Assembly: GCA_035281425.1 (NCBI GenBank)
Contig: DATEDX010000084.1
Span: 1 to 59,143, forward strand
DNA: 59,143 nt
Reading direction: 5' to 3'
Source: Acidimicrobiia bacterium
GTDB lineage: Bacteria; Actinomycetota; Acidimicrobiia; Spongiisociales; ZC4RG35
The translations under genes and the position numbers were made by a program. How positions within the stretch are numbered: position 1 is the first letter of the stretch; each line of letters opens with the position of its first letter. Under the pieces are notes generated by a model, which saw only the letters and a program-made list of their open reading frames with translations, made no database searches and was not told where the DNA came from. Below, piece after piece: positions 34,360-43,366 of this stretch.

Positions 34360-35529
34360 ATGTTGCGCAGGTACGTCGCCGCCCGCCTGGTGGCCGGTCT
34401 CTTCGGATTGCTCTTGTTTCTCACCGTGATCTTCTTCCTCACCCGGATCATGGTGCCGGGTGACTTCAGCACCAACTTCGCGGTCGGCTCCGGCGGCGCC
34501 TTCGCCGGGCTGGCCGAGCGATTGGGACTGAACCGCCCCCTCTGGCAGCAATACCTGCTCTGGCTGGGGGGAGTGCTCACTCTCGACCTCGGTCGCAGCC
34601 CGGGAGGGCCGCCGGTGCTTCAAATCGTGCTGGCGGCGCTCCCCTGGACCCTGACCATGTTTGTGCTCGGCCTGGGGACTGCCTTCTGGGTAGGGAGCAG
34701 AGTCGGCAGGTGGGCAGGTTGGCGGCGCCGGTTCACCACCCCGACCAGTTTGGGGGCGGCCACCCTCAGCTCCATCTTCCCTCCCTGGCTGGTGTTCCTG
34801 TTCTTCTACATGACTGTCAACCTCTTCGGGTTTCGGTGGTTCAACACCGTCACTGCCCTCGACTATTACCTCTGGGAGGTGGTTCGGGAGCACCGGGTCT
34901 TGTGGACCATGCTCGCCACTCTCTTCGGGCCCCTCGCCCTCTCCCTCGGGGTGGAGCGCCTGATCTCCGATCGCCGTCGCCGGCGGATCTGGCGTTACAG
35001 CTCCCGGGCTGCCATCCCCTTGTTTGCTCTCTGGGCCTGGGACCAGGCCGGCATCTCCGCACATGCCTTCGATCTGCTCGGCATCCTCATGCTCCCCATC
35101 GTGGTCCTCTTCTTGCTGTCGGTGGGAGACGTGATCTTGGTGGTGGCGGCGGCGGTGGAGGGATCACATGAGTCCGACTTCGTTACCACCGCCCGCGCTA
35201 AAGGCCTTACCGATCGCCAGGTGCGAGAACGGCATGCGGGGCGAGTGGCCCTGCTTCCTGCCCTCTCCCGCCTCACCGCCACCCTTCCCTTCGCCCTGGG
35301 GGGGTTGGTCATCATCGAGGGCAGCTTTGGACGCTTGGGTGGCTACCGCATCGACCTGCCCGGAGTGGCCTCGGTCCTCTTCGGGTCTCTGCGACAGCGG
35401 AACTTCCTAGTGACGATGGGGGGCCTGATTGTGGTGGGGATGATCACCCTGGTGGTGCGCATCATCCTCGACCTGGCCGCCGCCTCCCTCGACCCTCGGA
35501 TCCAACTCGAGCGAGCTACCTATGGCTGA
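34360..35529 (+). CDS. ABC transporter permease, DppB/OppB-type (binding-protein-dependent family), unusually long
   Basis: MLRRYVAARLVAGLFGLLLFLTVIFFLTRIMVPGDF N-terminus. 389 aa. Confidence 0.75.
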   Translation: MLRRYVAARLVAGLFGLLLFLTVIFFLTRIMVPGDFSTNFAVGSGGAFAGLAERLGLNRPLWQQYLLWLGGVLTLDLGRSPGGPPVLQIVLAALPWTLTMFVLGLGTAFWVGSRVGRWAGWRRRFTTPTSLGAATLSSIFPPWLVFLFFYMTVNLFGFRWFNTVTALDYYLWEVVREHRVLWTMLATLFGPLALSLGVERLISDRRRRRIWRYSSRAAIPLFALWAWDQAGISAHAFDLLGILMLPIVVLFLLSVGDVILVVAAAVEGSHESDFVTTARAKGLTDRQVRERHAGRVALLPALSRLTATLPFALGGLVIIEGSFGRLGGYRIDLPGVASVLFGSLRQRNFLVTMGGLIVVGMITLVVRIILDLAAASLDPRIQLERATYG

Positions 35530-36523
35530 GATGATCCGGGCCTGGCGGCTTCGCACCCGCTGGATGTCGGGCTGGGTCCGAGCCGTTTTCTCATTCTTTG
35601 AAGCTCGCCTCGGACTCTTCATCCTCACCCTCTTCGCCATGCTCAGCCTCGCCCACCCGTTCCTCCTGAGGACGGTCTGGCCCCGGGCGATATACGACCC
35701 TCGAGCCGGGTTCGACTACCGCATCACCGACCACCCGTCTTCGCCCAGCCTGCTCCACTTCCTAGGCACCGACGTGTTCGGCAAAGACACCTTCAGCATG
35801 CTTATCGCCGGAGCCCGGCCAGCCATCATCGCCGGGATGTTGGCGGGCATCGTCACCGCGGTGGTAGCGCTCTCGGTAGCCGGTTTGTCATCGGCCTATC
35901 GCACCGCCGACCGGGTATTCGGGGTCTTCGTCGACGCCGCCCTTTACCTGCCGGTCCCCATCGTCATGTTGATCCTGGGGGCCGATCCCCGCGCCGACCG
36001 GCTGACTCCGGCAGTCTTCGGGGTGCTGTTCGGGCTGCTCACCGGGCTGTCGAGCGGCGCCCTGGTATTGCGGTCCCAGGCCCTGCCCATCATGACCTCC
36101 GGTTATGTCGACGCCTGCCGCATCGCCGGGGCCTCCACCCGGCAGGTGGTGCTGCGTCACCTGGTTCCGGCTTTGATGCCGGTGGCCGGAACCTATGTGG
36201 TGTTGGGAGCGGCGGGAGCGGTGATCACCCAAGGCTTCCTCTCTTGGCTGTCCTACACGGCTACTTTCACCGACTGGGGCACCCTGGTCTATTGGGCGAT
36301 CGTCACCCGTGACTTCAGCGGGCGGTTGATGTGGCCAGTCCTGATCGCGGCGGGAACGGCCATCACCTTGCTCACTTTGGGTTTCCACCTACTTTCCATT
36401 GGCTTTCGCAAGGCTGCCGCCCGGCCCTGGTCGTCGCTTCCTCCTACTACCACTGAGGACCGGGTCTCAGAACCCCTTCCACTCAACCTGGCCTGGGCCC
36501 GACAATCGGACCTGGGAGCGTAA
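35522..36523 (+). CDS. ABC transporter permease, DppC/OppC-type
   Basis: 333 aa. HPFLLRT...LGTDVFGKDTFSMLIAGARPAII, typical of the DppC N-region. 8-nt overlap with the previous gene. Confidence 0.75.
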   Translation: MAEMIRAWRLRTRWMSGWVRAVFSFFEARLGLFILTLFAMLSLAHPFLLRTVWPRAIYDPRAGFDYRITDHPSSPSLLHFLGTDVFGKDTFSMLIAGARPAIIAGMLAGIVTAVVALSVAGLSSAYRTADRVFGVFVDAALYLPVPIVMLILGADPRADRLTPAVFGVLFGLLTGLSSGALVLRSQALPIMTSGYVDACRIAGASTRQVVLRHLVPALMPVAGTYVVLGAAGAVITQGFLSWLSYTATFTDWGTLVYWAIVTRDFSGRLMWPVLIAAGTAITLLTLGFHLLSIGFRKAAARPWSSLPPTTTEDRVSEPLPLNLAWARQSDLGA

Positions 36524-36537
36524 GCCCCCCTTCTGGC

Positions 36538-36570
36538 GACGGTTGAGCACGAATATCGTGCTGAACCGTC
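36538..36570. terminator. hairpin between convergent genes (candidate bidirectional terminator)
   Basis: GACGGTTGAGCACG-AATAT-CGTGCTGAACCGTC, 14-bp stem with one mismatch. Lies between stops 36523 (+) and 36582 (-). Confidence 0.45.
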
Positions 36571-36581
36571 ACCAGAACGGA

Positions 36582-37034
36582 TTAGGCGCCCCATTTGGCG
36601 ACCATGGCCAGCATGGCCAGGGCGATGAGCAGAGTGTCGATGCGCCCCCAGAAGGCGATGCTGCGGTGCAAAGGCGCAGTGGAGGCCGCCTCCCCGGCTT
36701 CGTAGAGAGCTAAGGCCTCTTTGGTCTTGCGGCTGAAGACGAGCCCGCCTAAGGCGCCTCCGATCACCAGCACGGCGATGCCGAGGCCGACGAAAACCGA
36801 ACCGAAGCTGTATGTCCCTCCCGAAGTCAATACCAGGATCACGCCCGTGACGAGGATCACCACCGATGCCGTGCCATATAGCGGGTTGGTCATCTTGTGC
36901 ACCGTTTCCATGAAGCGGCGCGCGGTGCCGGCCTCACCTGAGAGCATGCCTCGGCTGATGGTGAGCTGGGCCAGGTTGGCGCCCAACCAGGTACCTCCCC
37001 CCATGATGTGCAGCCACAAAGTCACTGTTCGCAT
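36582..37034 (-). CDS. integral membrane protein (4 TM), hypothetical
   Basis: 150 aa, hydrophobic. No family recognised with confidence. Confidence 0.5.
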   Translation of the reverse strand: MRTVTLWLHIMGGGTWLGANLAQLTISRGMLSGEAGTARRFMETVHKMTNPLYGTASVVILVTGVILVLTSGGTYSFGSVFVGLGIAVLVIGGALGGLVFSRKTKEALALYEAGEAASTAPLHRSIAFWGRIDTLLIALAMLAMVAKWGA

Positions 37035-37074
37035 CTCGTCTCCTCTGCTCTTCTGCGGTCGGGAAGATAACGTC

Positions 37075-37950
37075 TCACCTCTCCAGCGCGGCCTTTATCT
37101 CTCCCAAAGCGGCGATGGTTTCGGGCTTGATCGGATCGAGTACGGCCTGGACATGGGAGACCCCGGCGGCTTCGACTCGGGCCAAGTCTTCGACCATCTG
37201 GGCCATCGAGCCGCTGAGGGGGTTTTCACCTTGGCGCCTCCCTGCCTGGCCGGGGAAGGCGAGGTGAAGAGCCACGGTCTTCTCCACTTCACCCAGTCCC
37301 CGTCCCGCTTGACGGCAGGCGGCTTCGATCTGCTCCAGCAGTGGGGGGATCTGGGCGGGGTCGTTGCCAAAGTCTTGGAACCAGGAGTTCCACGCCTGGA
37401 CGTGGGGCAAAGTCAACGAAAGCATGCGGGGGCGGCTCGACCCCACCATCAGCGGAATCGTCCGCCGGGGACGGGGCAGCAGTTCGCAGTCGTGGAGGGT
37501 GTAGAACTCGCCTTCGAAATCGATGGAGCCTTCGGTGAGCAGGGTCCGGACGATGGTGAAGGCTTCGGCGAAGCGGTCGACCCGTCGATCGAACGGCAAA
37601 CCGAAAGCCAAGAACTCGGTCCGGTTCCATCCCGCCCCCACCCCAAGGACAAGCCGGCCGCCGCTGATCTCGTCGATGGTGGCGGCCTTCTTGGCCAGGA
37701 TCGCCGGGTTGTGGAACGGGAGGGCGGCGACTAGCGGCCCCAGCTCCACGCGTTCAGTGACCGCGGCCAGGCCCGCCAACATCGACCAGCACTCCCAGGG
37801 GCCCCGCCTGCCCGCGGGAAGGTCGTAGAGGAGATGATCGCCCAGCCAGATGGAGTCGAGGCCCACTTCCTCCGCCACTCGGGCCATGTCCTTCATCTCC
37901 CCCCAAGTGGCCTCGTATTCGACCTCCGGCAGCTGAACCCCGATCTTCAC
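37075..37950 (-). CDS. LLM-class (luciferase-like) F420-dependent oxidoreductase
   Basis: MKIGVQLP...DSIWLGDHL...GGRLVLGVGAGW...EF..FG, typical of the LLM family. Confidence 0.8.
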   Translation of the reverse strand: MKIGVQLPEVEYEATWGEMKDMARVAEEVGLDSIWLGDHLLYDLPAGRRGPWECWSMLAGLAAVTERVELGPLVAALPFHNPAILAKKAATIDEISGGRLVLGVGAGWNRTEFLAFGLPFDRRVDRFAEAFTIVRTLLTEGSIDFEGEFYTLHDCELLPRPRRTIPLMVGSSRPRMLSLTLPHVQAWNSWFQDFGNDPAQIPPLLEQIEAACRQAGRGLGEVEKTVALHLAFPGQAGRRQGENPLSGSMAQMVEDLARVEAAGVSHVQAVLDPIKPETIAALGEIKAALER

Positions 37951-39458
37951 GCCAGCAGACCTCGCAGGGTGTCGAGGGTGTCTGCCTCCTCGGGGTTCTT
38001 GTCGTCGCGATACCGCTTCACCCGGGCAAAGCGGAGGGCAATGCCTCCCGGATACCGGGGACTCGCCTGCACGCCGTCGATCGCCACTTCCACCAGTTGC
38101 TCGGGCCGCAGATAGACGGTGAAGTTGTCCCGTCGCTCTTCCAGGCGGAGGAATCGCTCGGTCTGCCAGGCAAGCATCTCGTCGGTCATGCCTTTAAAGG
38201 TCTTGCCGACCATCACCCATCCTCCGGTGACGGGGTCACGGGCCCCGAGGTGGATGTTCGACAAGTAGCCCTGCCGCCTCCCGTGTCCCCACTCGGCGGC
38301 CAAAACCACCAAGTCATAGGTATGGACCGGCTTGATCTTCCGCCAGGCCTTGCCTCTCCTTCCCGCTTCGTAACGAGACCTGGCAGCCTTGACCATGACT
38401 CCTTCCTGGCGGGCCTGCAATGCCTGTCGCAAGAACCGTTCGGCTTCTCTCGGGTCGGAGGTGAAGACCCGGGGAATGCGATGCTCGACAGGGACGATCC
38501 GGTCGAGGGTGGTGAGCCGCTCCTGCAAGGGCAGGTCGATGAGGTCCTCTCCCCCGGCATGGAGCACATCGAAAAAGAACGGATAGAGAGGGACTTCGGC
38601 GAAGGTCCGCTCTTCGGTGCCGAACCGGCTCATCGTTTCCTGGAAGGGCTGAGGGGTGCCGTCGGCGCGGAGGGCCATGGCTTCGCCGTCGAGCACCAGG
38701 GCATCGACCGACAACGCCCGGGTAGCGCCGACCACCTCTGGGAGGCGCTCGGTGACGTCGTTCTGGTTGCGGGTGAAGATTCGGATTTCGTTTCCCAGGC
38801 GATGCACCTGGATGCGGGCGCCGTCGAGTTTCCACTCCACCGACACCTCCCCCACCACCGCCTCCTCTACCGAGCCAGCAGGCGAAGCCAGCATCGGTTT
38901 GAGCGGTGCCAACACCTGTAGCCCCAGGCTATTGAGCCCCGCCTCACCGGACTGGGCTGCCACCAGCGCCACCTCACCGAGATCGGCCCGAAGCATCAAT
39001 GCCCGCCGGAGGGCGGAAGCGGGCACTGAGAAGGCCATCGCCACCGCCTCCACCATCACCCCCTCCAATGCCCCCTGACGCAACTCGCCGGTCAGGAGCC
39101 GGCGAAGGAACTCCTGCTCTGCAGAGGTGGCCCGGCTGAAGAGCTGATCCAACAACCGTGACCTTTGCTGCTGTGAACCGGGGCCGGTAGCGAGAGGGAT
39201 GGAGGCCATTACCTCATCCACCTCAACCAGATGCAGGTTTGGTTCCGCATTTGGGGTAGCCGCTACCGAGAAAGCCGCCGCATACCCAACTCCGATCCGA
39301 CCTTGACGGACCTGCCCGGTGAGGAAGCCGATGGCAATGGGCACTTCCACCGGTGCCAGTTGGGTCAGGAAATCACTCAGTCGGGTGATTTTGGCTTTGC
39401 GGGATGAGATGGCAGCCACCCGAGCTGAAGTCGCCACCAGATCGGCGAAAAGGGTCAT
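37947..39458 (-). CDS. lig: ATP-dependent DNA ligase (LigB-like, with N-terminal DNA-binding domain)
   Basis: Adenylation motif EWKLDGARIQVH. Also EGVMVK and WRKIKP motifs. Confidence 0.9.
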   Translation of the reverse strand: MTLFADLVATSARVAAISSRKAKITRLSDFLTQLAPVEVPIAIGFLTGQVRQGRIGVGYAAAFSVAATPNAEPNLHLVEVDEVMASIPLATGPGSQQQRSRLLDQLFSRATSAEQEFLRRLLTGELRQGALEGVMVEAVAMAFSVPASALRRALMLRADLGEVALVAAQSGEAGLNSLGLQVLAPLKPMLASPAGSVEEAVVGEVSVEWKLDGARIQVHRLGNEIRIFTRNQNDVTERLPEVVGATRALSVDALVLDGEAMALRADGTPQPFQETMSRFGTEERTFAEVPLYPFFFDVLHAGGEDLIDLPLQERLTTLDRIVPVEHRIPRVFTSDPREAERFLRQALQARQEGVMVKAARSRYEAGRRGKAWRKIKPVHTYDLVVLAAEWGHGRRQGYLSNIHLGARDPVTGGWVMVGKTFKGMTDEMLAWQTERFLRLEERRDNFTVYLRPEQLVEVAIDGVQASPRYPGGIALRFARVKRYRDDKNPEEADTLDTLRGLLA

Positions 39459-39491
39459 GCCTCTGGGCGCGGTTCAGGCATTGGGCTTGGT

Positions 39492-40139
39492 TCAGGCATC
39501 GGGGAGGAGACTCTGCCACGCCAGGTCCGCAGGCGCGGGGCCGACGAAGGAGAGGAGGTCGCAGCCGGCGGTGCGAAGGAGGCGGGCGACAACGTGGAGG
39601 GGGAGGCCGATCACCCCCGATGGGCTCCCCTGGATCGATTCGATATAGAGGGCAGCCCTCCCGTTGAGGGCGTAGGCCCCAGCTTTATCCATTGGTTCGC
39701 CGCTCGCCACGTAATCGGCGATCTCCTCCTCGGTCATGGGCAGAAACCTGACCAGGGCCGAAGCAACTTCCGCCACCGTTTCGGCCGTTCCGTCATCGAC
39801 GGCCACCGCCACCCCGGTGAGTACCTCGTGGGTCTGATCGGAAAGCCGGCGCAACATGGCCCGGGCTTCTTCGGGGTGGGCAGGTTTGCCCAGGATCTGG
39901 CCGTCCACCACCACCGAGGTGTCCGCCGCCACCACCACCGCGCCGGGGATAGACACCGCTTCTGCCTTGCTGCGGGCGATCCTCTCCACGTAGTCGTAGG
40001 GTTCCTCATCGGGATAGCGCAACTCGTCGACTTCGGGGGCCACCACCTCGAAGGTGACTCCCAACCCCTCTAGTAGTGCCTGGCGGCGCGGCGAGGACGA
40101 GGCCAGGATCAAACGCCGGGTTTCGGCCACGTCACCCAC
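39492..40139 (-). CDS. maf: Maf-like nucleoside triphosphate pyrophosphatase
   Basis: RLILASSSPRRQALLEGLG..FEV ... AGAYALNG. GTG 40139 (or 40130) chosen. The rest of track ORF 39492..40367 overlaps the thioesterase gene. Confidence 0.8.
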   Translation of the reverse strand: MGDVAETRRLILASSSPRRQALLEGLGVTFEVVAPEVDELRYPDEEPYDYVERIARSKAEAVSIPGAVVVAADTSVVVDGQILGKPAHPEEARAMLRRLSDQTHEVLTGVAVAVDDGTAETVAEVASALVRFLPMTEEEIADYVASGEPMDKAGAYALNGRAALYIESIQGSPSGVIGLPLHVVARLLRTAGCDLLSFVGPAPADLAWQSLLPDA

Positions 40140-40530
40140 CCCGCAAATCTCCTGCCTCGTGGATGTTGTGGAGGCGTACCTGTCCCCGGGCCACCGTCTT
40201 GCCGTCCTCGGTTCGGGTGACGACGACTTGCCAGATTTGCTGGCTCCGACCCTGGTGAATGGGGGTGGCTTCGGCTTGAACTGTCCCCGAGCGGGCCGCT
40301 CGCAGGAAGTCGGTGGTGTTCGACAACCCCACCGCACCGAACCACCCCTGCTCGGTGGCCCAGACATGAGCTCCGTAAGAGGCGAGGGTTTCGATCATCG
40401 AGCTGTAGACCCCGCCGTGGACGATCCCATAAGGCTGGCGATGGCGATCTTCGATCACGATTTCGCCCACTACCCGCCGCCCATCCGCTTCCATGATCTG
40501 AAGCCCGATCGTCTCTTCAAAGCCGTTCAT
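40132..40530 (-). CDS. PaaI-family hotdog-fold thioesterase
   Basis: GIVHGGVYSSMIETLASYG ... HQGRSQQIWQVVV. Confidence 0.75.
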   Translation of the reverse strand: MNGFEETIGLQIMEADGRRVVGEIVIEDRHRQPYGIVHGGVYSSMIETLASYGAHVWATEQGWFGAVGLSNTTDFLRAARSGTVQAEATPIHQGRSQQIWQVVVTRTEDGKTVARGQVRLHNIHEAGDLRGG

Positions 40531-40599
40531 GGCGGTGAGGGTAGGCCCCCATCTCCCCCAGTACGCCCCGACAGCGGTGAGGGGAGTCCGGCGAAACCG

Positions 40600-40815
40600 G
40601 GAGACGCTTTCGTCTTCCGTCCTCCGCCATCCGCCTCAAACCGGGGCCCCTGCGTCGCCTGCGGCGCCACCCCCCCAGAACCCCCTGCGGCTGTTCGGGC
40701 CACCTCCCCAGAACCCCCTCCGGCCCTCCGGGCCACCTCCCCCAGCGTCGCTTCGCTCCTGGGGGAGGAAGTCGCGACTCACGTCTCACGTCTCACGTCT
40801 CACGTCTCACGTCTC
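40600..40815 (-). repeat. composite intergenic repeat, copy B (inverted relative to copy A)
   Basis: Minus strand reads 5 x GAGACGT (40815-40781), then GACTTCCTCCCCCAGGAGCGAAGCG, then about 2.5 x 32-nt GGGGAGGTGGCCC... units. Shares modules with 20521-20815. Confidence 0.8.
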
Positions 40816-41898
40816 AAAAACGCCGGAGCGGTCAAAGCAGATCCGCCCCGCCCTCATCCCGGCGGTGGGACGACCTAGAACCGTCACGTCCCGGGAAGGC
40901 GGCTCGTCGAAGAGAACCAAATCGGCTTCGGCGCCGACCTCGAGAAACCTCCTCCCCGAATACCGGTAGGCGGCGGGGCCTACCGCTTCCACCGTCGCCT
41001 CTGCACTAAGCCCAAATTGGTGTAGCCGGTCTGCCTCGACGCTGACGGCACCATGAGGCAGCCCGAGGTCGGTCCCGCAAAGCACGGTGACCCCCAGCTC
41101 CTCGGCCCGAGGGAGGAGGCGGCGGAGGTTATCGAGACCCTCCCCCAAGATTCGGGCCCCAGTGGATCCGGGCGTCATCGAGCCGGCCACGGATTCGACA
41201 TTGACCACCGTCGGCACCCAGGCTCCTCCCCTCCGCCCCAACACCTCGAGGTCGCCGTCGGAAAGAAACAGACCGTGCTCGATCGAGTCCACCCCGGCTC
41301 TAACCGCTATCCCCGGCGTCTTCGGGGCCATGGTGTGGATGGCGACTCGCCCTCCAGCTCCGTGCACCACCTGCACCGCCGCCGCCAGGGCTGCCTCCCC
41401 GAAATTGATCACCGGTCCCCGCCCCTTCTGAGGCCAGTCGCCGATCAGCTTCACCCATCCCCCCGAAAGGTTGGCCGCGGCCACTGCCTCTACGAGCCCC
41501 GCCTCGTCGGTCTCCACTGCAAAGCCCTCGAAATAGCCTTGAGGGCCGCTGATGATCCGCCCCGCCGCCATGAGGGCGGGTCGCTCGGGAGGCGGCTCGT
41601 CGAGCAGACGGAGGACGGCTTCGTCCGACCAACCTTTGTCGAAGAGGAGAAAGACTCCGGCCTCAAGCTGAGCGAACGCCCGCCGGCGAATGGCCGAGTA
41701 CTCACCGGGTCGATGGCGGTCATCGAGCGAGTCGGCACTGAGATGGGCGTGGCAGTCGGCCAGACCGGGCAAACACCAAAGTCCCCGGAGATCGAGCAGG
41801 GGGCCGTCGACGTCATTGGGGTGGACGAAGCGGTCCCCGAGCACGCCCAGGATGACCTCGGTTTGGTCCCACCGGCGGAGGTGAAGGAGGAGCTGCAC
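40807..41898 (-). CDS. amidohydrolase family protein (metal-dependent hydrolase)
   Basis: GLADCHAHL metal site, IHTMA, SIEHG, CGTDLG motifs. The last two codons and the TGA come from the heptamer array. Confidence 0.75.
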   Translation of the reverse strand: MQLLLHLRRWDQTEVILGVLGDRFVHPNDVDGPLLDLRGLWCLPGLADCHAHLSADSLDDRHRPGEYSAIRRRAFAQLEAGVFLLFDKGWSDEAVLRLLDEPPPERPALMAAGRIISGPQGYFEGFAVETDEAGLVEAVAAANLSGGWVKLIGDWPQKGRGPVINFGEAALAAAVQVVHGAGGRVAIHTMAPKTPGIAVRAGVDSIEHGLFLSDGDLEVLGRRGGAWVPTVVNVESVAGSMTPGSTGARILGEGLDNLRRLLPRAEELGVTVLCGTDLGLPHGAVSVEADRLHQFGLSAEATVEAVGPAAYRYSGRRFLEVGAEADLVLFDEPPSRDVTVLGRPTAGMRAGRICFDRSGVFET

Positions 41899-41960
41899 CG
41901 CGGCTCGACGGTAGCCAAGCCGCTCCAGTTCCCCCTCCTGTTAGGCGAAGATATGGTCTG

Positions 41961-43325
41961 ATGCGTACTCGTCGAGGTCTGGTCGCCCTCCTATTGGTCG
42001 CCTGTGTGCCCAGCGGCGCCCCCACCACTCAACCGACCGTGGTCGCAACCACCGCTCCTACTACCACCGCGCCGGTGGTGGTAGAGGTGGAGCCCGCTTC
42101 TTGTTCTGCTCCGCCGGTGACCTTCGGGCTCTTGTGCCAGGTGGTGGAGTTGATTGATGAGCGGCACTACCAGCCTCCTCCCCACACCGCGCTCGCCGCG
42201 GGGGCCGCTGCCGGAGTGAGCGTCTTCACCACCGAGGAGGACGAGGAGGTACCCGCCACCGTGACTTGCGCCATTCCCTCGGAGGACTTCGTCAGCCTCT
42301 GCGACCTGGTGGAAACCCGCCTGCGAGAAGATCCAGTTCCTATCGCTCCGATGATCGAAACGGCGGTCGAACACATGCTGGCGCAAGCCCTCGACCCCTA
42401 CACCACCTACGTCCGCCCGGAGCTTTCTGGGTCACTCAATGAGAACGGGGTCATCGCCGGAGCCGGGATCGTGGTCGCAGCCCGCAACTCAGTCGGATCG
42501 CCCTGTGTCCTCATCAGTGGGACCTGCCCGCTGGTGATCGACCTCGTCATCGAAGGCGGAGCAGGTGAGGAGGCCGGCCTTGAGGCCGGGGATCGCATCC
42601 TCACCGTGTCCGGCATCCCGGTCGACGGCCGGGGGGTGTCTGAAGTAGCCGGCGACCTGGCCGGGGGCAGTGGCGAGACCACCGAGGTGGAAGTGTCTCG
42701 GGACGGCGTCGAAGTGTCGCTGCTGCTCACCCACACCGACGAAGAGGTGGTGCCGGTGATTACCCAGGTGGTGGGCGACACCGGATACCTGCGCCTTCCC
42801 GAGTTCGGATTCGACACCCATCTCTTCGTCCACTTCACCTTGCAAGGCCTCATCGAGGGCGGGATCGATCGGCTTATCCTCGATCTGCGCGACAACCCCG
42901 GCGGCTTTCTCTTCTCAGTGTCAATCATCGGCTCCGAGTTTTTCTCCGATGGGCTTCTCTACCGCACCTTCTCCCCGCTGGAGGAACGGGAGTACCCGGC
43001 GGTGGAGGGGGGGATCGCCACCAGGATTCCGGTAACGGTGCTGGTCAACGAACTTTCGGCGTCGTCGGCCGAAATCCTGGCCTCGGTCCTTCAGGAACGT
43101 AATCGGGCGACCATCGTGGGTACCCCAACTTTTGGGAAAAACCTGGTCCAAGAGACGGCAGAGTTGCGAAACGGTGGGCTCCTCCGTCTCACCACCGCCA
43201 CCTGGACCACCCCGGCCGGAGCTTCGGTCGCCCCTGACGGGCTCCAACCCGACATCACCCTGGAATGGCCCCAAGATCTAGACATTCCGGGCTTGGTGGA
43301 ATTGGTAAACCGCGCCACCAATTAG
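41961..43325 (+). CDS. S41 family C-terminal processing peptidase with PDZ domain (lipoprotein)
   Basis: Lipobox LLVAC. PDZ GLEAGDRILTVSG. Catalytic region LVNELSASSAEILASVL ... GTPTFGK. Confidence 0.85.
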   Translation: MRTRRGLVALLLVACVPSGAPTTQPTVVATTAPTTTAPVVVEVEPASCSAPPVTFGLLCQVVELIDERHYQPPPHTALAAGAAAGVSVFTTEEDEEVPATVTCAIPSEDFVSLCDLVETRLREDPVPIAPMIETAVEHMLAQALDPYTTYVRPELSGSLNENGVIAGAGIVVAARNSVGSPCVLISGTCPLVIDLVIEGGAGEEAGLEAGDRILTVSGIPVDGRGVSEVAGDLAGGSGETTEVEVSRDGVEVSLLLTHTDEEVVPVITQVVGDTGYLRLPEFGFDTHLFVHFTLQGLIEGGIDRLILDLRDNPGGFLFSVSIIGSEFFSDGLLYRTFSPLEEREYPAVEGGIATRIPVTVLVNELSASSAEILASVLQERNRATIVGTPTFGKNLVQETAELRNGGLLRLTTATWTTPAGASVAPDGLQPDITLEWPQDLDIPGLVELVNRATN

Positions 43326-43366
43326 GTCGGGTTGGGTCTCTCGCAAGTTCTCCGGGCGGCTTGAAT

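Noticed and set aside
40517-40969. ORFs 40529..40969 (+), 40517..40789 (-) and 40527..40736 (-), and 20579..20788 (+), with recurring ...LPPPGAKR..GRW... peptides
   Set aside because: The similarity between them is explained by the shared composite DNA repeat. The translations are low-complexity Pro/Gly/Arg, and the ORFs overlap one another on both strands.
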